Origin: Nanobdellota archaeon
GTDB lineage: Archaea; Aenigmatarchaeota; Aenigmatarchaeia; QMZP01
NCBI GenBank assembly: GCA_043814765.1
Contig: JBDRJQ010000017.1
Coordinates: forward strand, 1 to 13,791
Direction of reading: 5' to 3'
DNA length: 13,791 bases
Shown here: positions 1-7,600 of the stretch, piece after piece
Numbering within the stretch: position 1 is the first letter of the stretch
Layout: every line of letters begins with the position of its first letter
Program-made: the position numbers and the translations under genes
Notes under the pieces: generated by a model
What the model was told of the DNA's origin: nothing
What the model saw: only the letters and a program-made list of their open reading frames with translations
Database searches by the model: none

Positions 1-859
1 ACATTATCTCTGGACCATTAATAGTGAAGAAGCTTGCTCCGGACTCGTTAGCAACTGCCTTGGCTAGCAGAGTCTTGCCAGTGCCAGGCGGTCCGTACAA
101 CAGAACGCCTTTTGGAGCTTCTACTCCCAAGCGAACAAACAGTTCAGGATGCCTTAAAGGCAGTTCTACCATCTCTCTTATTTTTTCTATGGACTGATGC
201 AGTCCGCCAATATCTTCGTATGTTATTGTGGGTATTGCCTTTTCCTCAACATCAACAGCTTCTGGTTTAAGCTCCATTTCTGTCATGTCTGTTATCTTTA
301 CTATTTCCCCAGGCGAAGTGGAGATAACCATGAACTTTGTATCGCCAAGCGTTGGCGTAAAAGAAAATTCTCCCCTGGCATCTACGTCTATGCCAAAATT
401 ATTAAATATCTCATCAAAAACTGTCTCGTTCCTTCTTTTTACAATAGGAAACGGTGCAATCATGTCACCCTTCATAACTGGTCTCATTATAAGATTCTTT
501 TTCAGTATGTCAGGGTTCAGCTGAACAATTATTCCCTTTTCTGCAGGAGCCAATACAACTTTTTTAGCTTCTTTAAAATCAGCTTTATTTATTCTAATAT
601 TCTCTCCGACACTCACGCCAGAGTTTCTTCTGGTTATGCCGTCCATTCTAATTAAATTAAGACCAACATCAGCAGGATAAGATCTTACTGCTATAGCAGT
701 AGTCTTCCTGCTGCCAAGCAATTCAACAACATCCCCTTCTCTAATGCTTAGTTCTTTCATTGTTTTTGTGTCAACCCTTATGATGCCTCTGCCAAATTCT
801 GCTCTGTTTGTTAGCTCACCAATCTTCAATGAAATTTCTCTTGGATTCTTTTCTGCCAT
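1..859 (-). CDS. cdc48: Cdc48/VCP (p97)-family AAA+ ATPase, 5' part (N-domain and start of D1); continues beyond the window start
   Basis: Manual translation from the ATG at 859: [30 protein letters not shown]...[17 protein letters not shown]...ITYEDIGGL...[60 protein letters not shown]. This shows the Walker A motif and the Cdc48 signature. GGAGG SD lies about 9 nt upstream. An alternative in-frame ATG is at 868. Confidence 0.97.
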   Translation of the reverse strand, partial: MAEKNPREISLKIGELTNRAEFGRGIIRVDTKTMKELSIREGDVVELLGSRKTTAIAVRSYPADVGLNLIRMDGITRRNSGVSVGENIRINKADFKEAKKVVLAPAEKGIIVQLNPDILKKNLIMRPVMKGDMIAPFPIVKRRNETVFDEIFNNFGIDVDARGEFSFTPTLGDTKFMVISTSPGEIVKITDMTEMELKPEAVDVEEKAIPTITYEDIGGLHQSIEKIREMVELPLRHPELFVRLGVEAPKGVLLYGPPGTGKTLLAKAVANESGASFFTINGPEIM

Positions 860-897
860 ACTATCCATCCTCCTTTACATTGGATTATTAAGTTGAT

Positions 898-927
898 GAC
901 GACTGCATCCAATCTATATAAGTCGTC
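898..927 (-). promoter_or_regulatory. Probable cdc48 promoter: TATA box bracketed by a 7-bp inverted repeat (candidate operator)
   Basis: TTATATAG on the minus strand (914-921). GACGACT (898-904) and AGTCGTC (921-927) form a perfect IR with a 16-nt spacer. Confidence 0.6.
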
Positions 928-937
928 TATTTGTGTA

Positions 938-1147
938 TTATCTCCTAATTCTCACAATTATGGAATTTCTTGTTTTTATGACTTCTATGTGAGGCTCATT
1001 GTGAACCCTTTCAATTATCTGAACATAACGTTTTATTGTAATGTTGTGTATGCCTGTCTCTTTTGCCAGCTCGTTCATAGAGAAAGGTCTTCCACATTCT
1101 AAAGCATTCAATATTTGTTCCATTATCTCAAGTGGGTCTCTCTTCAT
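938..1147 (-). CDS. Small winged helix-turn-helix DNA-binding protein
   Basis: 69 aa: ILNALE...SMNELAKETGIHNITIKRYVQII followed by a beta-hairpin wing (IEVIKTRNSIIVRI), a typical wHTH pattern. Confidence 0.8.
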   Translation of the reverse strand: MKRDPLEIMEQILNALECGRPFSMNELAKETGIHNITIKRYVQIIERVHNEPHIEVIKTRNSIIVRIRR

Positions 1148-1164
1148 GTTATCATTTTAAATGA

Positions 1165-1533
1165 TCAACCAAAGTAAGTGTGTTCTGATCCTGGCATGTT
1201 TTGTGAATTCTGTGGATTTACAGCGACATTTCTCTGTTTTTGTCTTCCAGCAGCAGCTTTTCTTTTTTCTAATAGCTGTTTGTAGTGTCTCCATATCTCG
1301 TTTGCTTCACTGTCCTTGATTACATTCACTATCAGAAAGTTAGGTCTGTGTGGCTGTTGCCTGGTTGGATAATAATCTACCAAAACAAAACTGTCTTCCT
1401 TTACTTTGTCTGCTACTGTTTTTTCTATTTTTAGCGTGTGAATGTTCTCGTCCCAAAATTCAACTGTAGCCTGTGCATTTTTTCCTGTAATGTCCTTGAA
1501 TACCTTAAGAACTCTTCCTGGGTGATATACCAT
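1165..1533 (-). CDS. Hypothetical protein, HypC/HupF-like OB-fold pattern without Cys2
   Basis: 122 aa with GGAG SD upstream. The pattern HPGRVLKV...ATVEF...VKEDSFVLVD...I..SEANEIW parallels HypC (PGKVxxI...AxVDF...VxVGDYVLVH...IDxEEAxE). Q/N-rich disordered tail. The ORF is solid; the fold call is by eye. Confidence 0.7.
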   Translation of the reverse strand: MVYHPGRVLKVFKDITGKNAQATVEFWDENIHTLKIEKTVADKVKEDSFVLVDYYPTRQQPHRPNFLIVNVIKDSEANEIWRHYKQLLEKRKAAAGRQKQRNVAVNPQNSQNMPGSEHTYFG

Positions 1534-1611
1534 AGCTAATCAACTCCTCAGTTTTCTAGTGAAAACCCTGTATACTATAATATATAACATTAGATATTTA
1601 AAGTTATCGTT

Positions 1612-2265
1612 TCAACATCCATTACATTCTTCAGAATAGTCGCAGTAATTGCATAGCCATCTGAGTTCTTCGTAATTCTTTGCCTCTGCATCTGGCAGTA
1701 TGTCATTCTTTAAATGATGATGCAGTTTTTTGAAACGTGCTAGTATTCTCTTTGCTTCAACTTCATCGTACTCGACATTAAATGATTTGCTTTTCAGGTT
1801 GTCTTTCTGCACATAAAGGAGAACGCCTTTCTTCAAGCCAAGGCTGTACAGATATAACTGAAGCTGTGTTACGTAAGACTGGTGCGGCTCCTTAACAAAA
1901 TCTACGTTCTTTGTGCTCTTGACTTCCACAACAATCTTTTCGTTCTTGTCTCTAACTAAAATCATGTTGTCTATTCTTCCAGAAATAAGAAAGTCTTCAA
2001 TCTCTATTTTGAAAGGAAGCTCTGTTTCTAATAGTTCCACATGATTGTTTTTTTCACTCTTTAGAACATCTGTAACAAAGTCGTGCAGTATATTGCCTGC
2101 ATGAAATATTTTTAATGTGCCTGGATCTGTCTCTTTTGGTTTTTTGTATGAGAACCAAACCTTTCTCAGACAGGTGCCAACTTCAGAAGGATAGTATTTT
2201 CCTAAAACCTTCTCTTTTTTCTCACGGTAAAGATAATTGTCTATCATTTCGTCGAAATTAATCAT
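1612..2265 (-). CDS. Solo Cas4-like PD-(D/E)XK nuclease with 4Fe-4S Cys motif
   Basis: YPSEVGTCLRK (first Cys), GNILH, GRID, VVEVKS, QLQLY, and C-terminal CNYCDYSEEC. No other cas genes or CRISPR repeats in the window. Confidence 0.9.
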   Translation of the reverse strand: MINFDEMIDNYLYREKKEKVLGKYYPSEVGTCLRKVWFSYKKPKETDPGTLKIFHAGNILHDFVTDVLKSEKNNHVELLETELPFKIEIEDFLISGRIDNMILVRDKNEKIVVEVKSTKNVDFVKEPHQSYVTQLQLYLYSLGLKKGVLLYVQKDNLKSKSFNVEYDEVEAKRILARFKKLHHHLKNDILPDAEAKNYEELRWLCNYCDYSEECNGC

Positions 2266-2355
2266 AGAACAAGATTGTTTGATAACAATAAAAATGAAAT
2301 AGTTTCACGAAGTTTTTTATATCTCAACATGTAAAAATGATTAGGGGGCTAATTT

Positions 2356-2910
2356 ATGAAAAAACTTTTGTTAGTTTCAATGGCTTTAGTAATTTCAATG
2401 ACAGTGATGTTTTCGTCAACAGTTTCAGCAGTACAGCAGGGTCAGCACAAGGGAAACAAATTAAATGTGGATATTGAATACACTGATTTTTTTGGGTACA
2501 AAGACTACTCTTATCTGGGTCTCGGTGATCTTCCTGTCTACTACATTGGCGGAACCACAAATTATACAATTGATATAACCAACGGGAAAAACAACAAGTA
2601 CAATTATCTAGTGATTCTAGTAACTCACAGGGAATACCTTTCAGGGAATCTTCTTCCAGGATACAGTATAGACCCGTTCTCAGGACTGCCTTATCATAAC
2701 ATAGTTTACATGGACACAATGACATCTGGCGAATCGTTTGACCTGTCTTACTGGGTTCCATGGTCAACACCAACTGGTGCAGATCAGACTGATGTAGTCA
2801 TATACAGAGGATACAACCAAAGAGATGGAATTGAAGGAAATGAATGGAGCAATGGAAGGATTATATTTGACGGAACTATTGGATATTTTTGTCCACCAGT
2901 GCTGAATTGA
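2356..2910 (+). CDS. Secreted hypothetical protein, probably beta-sandwich
   Basis: 184 aa; Sec signal peptide MKKLLLVSMALVISMTVMFSSTVSA; beta-rich, Tyr/Gly-rich mature part; ends GYFCPPVLN; GGGGG SD-like element upstream. Confidence 0.8.
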   Translation: MKKLLLVSMALVISMTVMFSSTVSAVQQGQHKGNKLNVDIEYTDFFGYKDYSYLGLGDLPVYYIGGTTNYTIDITNGKNNKYNYLVILVTHREYLSGNLLPGYSIDPFSGLPYHNIVYMDTMTSGESFDLSYWVPWSTPTGADQTDVVIYRGYNQRDGIEGNEWSNGRIIFDGTIGYFCPPVLN

Positions 2911-2930
2911 TCCTTCTTTTTTTATTCTTT
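2911..2930 (+). terminator. Oligo-T/pyrimidine archaeal-type terminator
   Basis: TCCTTCTTTTTTTATTCTTT immediately after the stop codon at 2910. Confidence 0.55.
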
Positions 2931-3056
2931 CTGTGTTAGATATTCATAAAAATAGCCAGTGGCATCAAGTGTTCGTGTGCCTGAAACCTGACGCATCCTA
3001 TATTGACACAAAAGATACTGCAAGATGTCCTGCGTTAATAAGTTCTGATTTAAACA

Positions 3057-3410
3057 TCAGATTGAGTCAAGGAATTTAATTCCTTCTGCGGCGCGGTCTT
3101 CGTCGTCTTCTTTCTTTCGCCATGTCATTGGTTGTGATTGGTACTGGGATTGAGAATATGAAGGTGTTGGAGAATAGCTATGTGATTCTTGATAATCTTG
3201 CGATGGTTGCTGACTTGAAAATACTGGTCTCTCAGGTGGCTTCTGCCGTCCTTCAAGCGTATCACAAATTAATCGGCTGAAGGTTTCAGAACAAGCTCTG
3301 CATTGGTATTTTGCCTTGGCAATCATTCTAAGTGGTTCAAAACCTTCCAAAATTTTAACAAGCTCTTCCTCAGAAAGAAAAGCTCCCCCTCCACATTTAG
3401 GACATTCCAT
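3057..3410 (-). CDS. Zn-ribbon protein with low-complexity S/Q/Y/P linker
   Basis: MECPKCGG...YQCRACSETF (two CxxC), then a disordered tract and a short C-terminal motif EGIKFLDSI. Confidence 0.8.
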   Translation of the reverse strand: MECPKCGGGAFLSEEELVKILEGFEPLRMIAKAKYQCRACSETFSRLICDTLEGRQKPPERPVFSSQQPSQDYQESHSYSPTPSYSQSQYQSQPMTWRKKEDDEDRAAEGIKFLDSI

Positions 3411-3461
3411 GAAATATAATTGTTTTTAAACGCTTAAATAATCCAGATTTATTAAGATTGC

Positions 3462-3812
3462 ATGAATGAAAAAATAAGCACTAACGGAAGAGTGGTCCGC
3501 ATATCACTGATAGGAAAAGATAAAGGAAATGGGAGGGGATACTTTTCTGTTGATGGTAGAGTACAAAAATATGATATTTCAGGAACTTCTGATGCTGGTT
3601 TTTCTGTTAGTATGCTAAACAGTTTTACAGTTCTTGATGGTGATAATTTTGTCATGGACATAAATCCTGAAGAAGATTTGGAAAAATATATGCCACATAT
3701 AGCATCGCTAAAAAATTATACAGCAGACGAAGCAAGAGGATTAGCTATCGATCTTGAAATGACTTTTAAAACAAGATATCAAAGAAAAATAGATGTTAAA
3801 TTGGACATCTAA
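3462..3812 (+). CDS. Hypothetical protein
   Basis: 116-aa ATG ORF with protein-like composition, divergent from the Zn-ribbon gene and followed by a T-run. No family recognised. Confidence 0.7.
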   Translation: MNEKISTNGRVVRISLIGKDKGNGRGYFSVDGRVQKYDISGTSDAGFSVSMLNSFTVLDGDNFVMDINPEEDLEKYMPHIASLKNYTADEARGLAIDLEMTFKTRYQRKIDVKLDI

Positions 3813-3904
3813 TTTTTTAGTAAACTGCACTTTCTGTAGAAATACTGAATTTTATAATTGTCTTTGAAATTTATATAATGAATTACGTGCAGGGGATATT
3901 AGAA

Positions 3905-4423
3905 TTAATCAAACATTGCATATATAAGCATGCCAGCATACTGCGTTATGCTTATTACAAGCACAGCTATTATAAGGTGTTCTGATATCACACTGAATGG
4001 ATTTTTCTTTTGGCTTTTTGCAGAGAAAAAACTTAGAACAGTTAGTGCCAAAAGTCCCCAGACAGCACTAACTATGATAGCTGTTGACAGTTCTAGAAGC
4101 ATAACAGGTATTACGAAAGTTAATGTAAACAAAAACTTAGATGAAAAAGTAGATAATGCGGATTCTAAAACATCTCTTTTAACATAATTCTTTTTGGATT
4201 CTTCTGATACGTGGATGCTGAACGCATCTGATATCGCGTCTGCTATGGCTATCATTAGTATGGCTCCTATAACAGCCAGCCTTGAATGCGTACCAGCATT
4301 TATGCCTATCATTAAACCAAGCGTTGTAATTATGCCAGAAGTTAGGCCGAAACTGAATCCGGTTTTCAATGACTGCCTCATATTAATTGTTTGTGTTTTC
4401 GATAATAAATCTTCACTGTTCAT
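3905..4423 (-). CDS. VIT1/CCC1-like (vacuolar iron transporter family) membrane protein
   Basis: GFSFGLTSGIITTLGLMIG...IADAISDAFSIHVSEES pattern and about 5 hydrophobic helices. The true start may be the second Met at 4381 (MRQSLKTG). Confidence 0.8.
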   Translation of the reverse strand: MNSEDLLSKTQTINMRQSLKTGFSFGLTSGIITTLGLMIGINAGTHSRLAVIGAILMIAIADAISDAFSIHVSEESKKNYVKRDVLESALSTFSSKFLFTLTFVIPVMLLELSTAIIVSAVWGLLALTVLSFFSAKSQKKNPFSVISEHLIIAVLVISITQYAGMLIYAMFD

Positions 4424-4473
4424 TTAGGATATGTATATTTTTAAAGGCTTAACCAAATATTATTGTGATTAAT

Positions 4474-4662
4474 ATGGCATTCAAAATATCTGTTAATAAA
4501 GAAACATGCATAGGTTGCGGATCATGTGCAGAAGTTTGCAGTAACTTCAAGCTTGTAGACGGCAAGTCAGTTGTAAAAAAAACTCCTGTTAAAGCTGCAG
4601 GATGCAATGTTGAAGCAAAAAACATCTGTCCAACGCACTCTATAAAAGTTGAGAAGGCTTAA
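4474..4662 (+). CDS. Single-cluster [4Fe-4S] ferredoxin
   Basis: CIGCGSC...CP plus two extra Cys, an arrangement like Pyrococcus/Thermotoga monocluster ferredoxins. ATG at 4474 after GTGAT. The stop overlaps the convergent MCM stop by 4 nt. Confidence 0.92.
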   Translation: MAFKISVNKETCIGCGSCAEVCSNFKLVDGKSVVKKTPVKAAGCNVEAKNICPTHSIKVEKA

Positions 4663-7600
4663 ACCTTTTGAACAAAGCCCGGATTGGGTTCAAACAGCAT
4701 TCCTTCTCTTTTTAGTTTCTCTATTATTTCCTCTACGCCCTCCACTTCTTGAGATCTGGCTCTGGAAGTTAAATCACTTAGAGATATCTCTTTCTTCTTT
4801 TCAGACATTTCGTTTATGATATCCATGACTATTTTTATCTTGCCTCTCTCGCTTGAACTTGTGGATGCGCCCTCTGCTCTGTCAATGTCTATCATGCCTG
4901 TTTCAGGATCGAAACCTAGCTGGCGAAGCGAGAATTTCACAAGTTTTATTGCCCGTTCTGCATCACTTTTTCTAACTGTTTCGCTTAATTGTATTTTTGC
5001 AGAAGCCTCTGATAAACGGACTAGAGCTTCAAATTGTCTCAGTGTTATAGGTATTGGTGCAGACCCGCCTTCTGCTTTTTTTCTGGTTTTCAAATAGAAA
5101 GTTTTTAGGATTTTGCCTGCTTCCTTAGTTAAAACAGGACTGCAATTTCCGCGTGCATAGGCAATGTATTTTCTTACGAGCGCTTGCTCTATTTTCGGTA
5201 ATGATTTCGTATAATCAGCTTCCCTTGCATTGAGTATGTGATCAACTATTAATTTATCAGTTGTTGTGTCAGGCAAATCACGGAGAGCAAACTTTAGGTC
5301 AAACCTTGACAGCAAGCTGTCTGGCAATGTTATTTGTTTGGATATAGCCATGTAAGGATCGAATCTGCTGAATTTTGGGTTTCCACCAGCTAGTACAGAT
5401 GTCTTAGCCGGTAATGTTGCAACAATAGAAGCCTTTGCTATGGATATAGTTCCCTGCTCCAGGGCTTCGTGCATCGCTATCATGTCGTCTGGTGACATTT
5501 TTTCAAATTCATCTATGGACAGAACACCTTTGTTTGCAAGAACCAATGCGCCTGCTTCTAAAACCCATCCGCCCATAAATTGTTCATCCTTGGTAACAGT
5601 TGCAGTGTTATGAACTATGAAATTGTTCGCTATGAAATTGTGTTCACCTTCCACAGTAAGATCATAAACCCATTCTTCCTTTATAGTATCTGTACTAACT
5701 ATTTTATCCCAAAATATGTCAGATGCTGCCAGTTTTCCTAAGAAATCAAAATATTCATGTTTCTTTTCTTTCTTTAATAGCGATACAAATCTTAGCAGAC
5801 TTTCGGGAGAGAAATTTCTGTTTCCATATTCATACTGGCGCAGATAATAAAGATCTTCGTTGTTTTTTATACCAATCTTAAGGGATTTTCTAACTTCATT
5901 AAGCCTTTCACCAACACCAGGAATAACATCGATATTTGTGTTTGGTTTTAGGTTCTTAGATAAGATTTTATCAAGTTTTTCCTTTTTGGATCCTGTAAAA
6001 TTTATATGTTCTCTGAACTTTTCCAAGTTATCAGCACCCCTTATTAATATACAATATTTTTTCTTTTTCCCACCAAATCCCTTTTTAGACGGTTCTCTTT
6101 CCCTTATCTTGCTTAACACAGAAAATCTTAAAAGTGCGGTTTGCAATTCAATTGCCATCCTCTTGCTAGTGGTTGTGAATTCTATATAACTTCCATTTCC
6201 CTTTAGAACTACACCGCCATCACAATTGAAAATACCTGAAATGAATTCAGAAAGTAGTTTATTTGATTTTAATATTTCTTCTGGAATTCTTATTTTATCA
6301 CATTTGATTCCCCTAGGTATGCCTACAGAATCAAGTTTATCACAAAGAGATTTTGATGCAACTCTTACGCATGGTATTCTGTTTTTTTGGTAGTATTTTC
6401 TTGGATTAAAGCCTAATTTGTACGAAAGATTAGAAAATTCGTTCAAATAGTATTCGTTTGTGTTATGGAATCTGATCTCTCTTTGGCCCACATCACCGTC
6501 TCCTGCTACCATACCCATAAGTCTTGATGTTTTATTGTCCATAAAGGTAGGTTCATGATTGATAGGTATTTTCTTTGCTGTAGCAATGTAATCTCCTGTT
6601 TTCATTGCGTTAGCTTTCACCCAAGTAAGCTCACCGTTCCTTATAACTAGAACTGGGTTTTCCTTAGTTAGTTTTATTTCTTTACCTGTGCGTGTCTTTA
6701 TCTTAATTAATTTATCTTTTGATTTCAATTTGAAAACTTTAGAAACTTTTCTCTTTTTTATTTTCAAGTCTTTGAAATCTAGCATATTAATTTCTAAATC
6801 ACAATTAGATGATACCCAACCCTCTTTGGTTTTTTCTTTATTTTTCTTTAAGACAGATTCTACAATATCTCCTATATACTTTATTTCTCCGTGAGCTAGA
6901 GGTATAAGGGTGTCATAAGACATGCACAAACCAGCACCAGTTACGCCCTTTCCTGAAACGTATCTAGCGCGCGGAACTATCTCAGGTACGAGCTTAAGCA
7001 GTTGTGAATTATGAACAAATATTTGGTTTGCTATAAAATTATGAACAAACGGAACCTGCAAATCATAAACCCATTTTTCTTTGGATTGTATTTTTTTTAT
7101 TCTTTTTATTCTATCCCAGAAAATATCACTGTTGCTCAGTTTGTGGAGGGATTCTATTTTGGTTTTTAGTTCATTGTCTTTCCTAACCGAAGAACAGGTA
7201 TCAGTAAGGGCATGTTTTATTCTTTTGGTTGTATTCTCCACACTCTTTCTTTTAGGTTTTATTCTGGATTTTCCGCATCTTCCACTCTCATATTGAGATA
7301 ATAAAGTTTGAGAAAAACCAGCTTTTTTGGACAGCGAATCCTGCGAGATTCCAAGCTCATTTCTTATGTTCTTCAATTCTGCTATACTGGCATTCTGCAC
7401 GCGCTTCTCCAGATTATCAAGATATTCTAATCTTTTCTTAAAGATATCTAATATCAATTTCATTGGTTTCCTTGTGGGGTTCCTGTCGCCTCGTTCAAAA
7501 TGCTGATAGGTGCTCCTTGGAACTCCCATACCAAATTGTGTCAGTCTTAACCCTTTTCTGATACCAAACAACGCCTTTGAAAGGTTTGGTACAACATCGG

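Noticed and set aside
197..655. Plus-strand ORFs 197..655, 228..524 and 893..1102
   Set aside because: Antisense shadows of cdc48 and the wHTH gene; compositions are not protein-like.
1534..2355. CRISPR array or cas operon near the Cas4-like gene
   Set aside because: No direct repeats with spacers and no other cas genes; only short AT-rich IRs such as ATTGTT-TGAT-AACAAT.
3153..3176. YSPTPSYS as an RNA polymerase II CTD heptad homolog
   Set aside because: A single imperfect copy within an S/P/Y-rich tract, expected by chance.
3813..3904. CTGCAC...GTGCAG inverted ends in the convergent spacer as a MITE
   Set aside because: Only 6 bp, with no target-site duplication and no second copy in the window.
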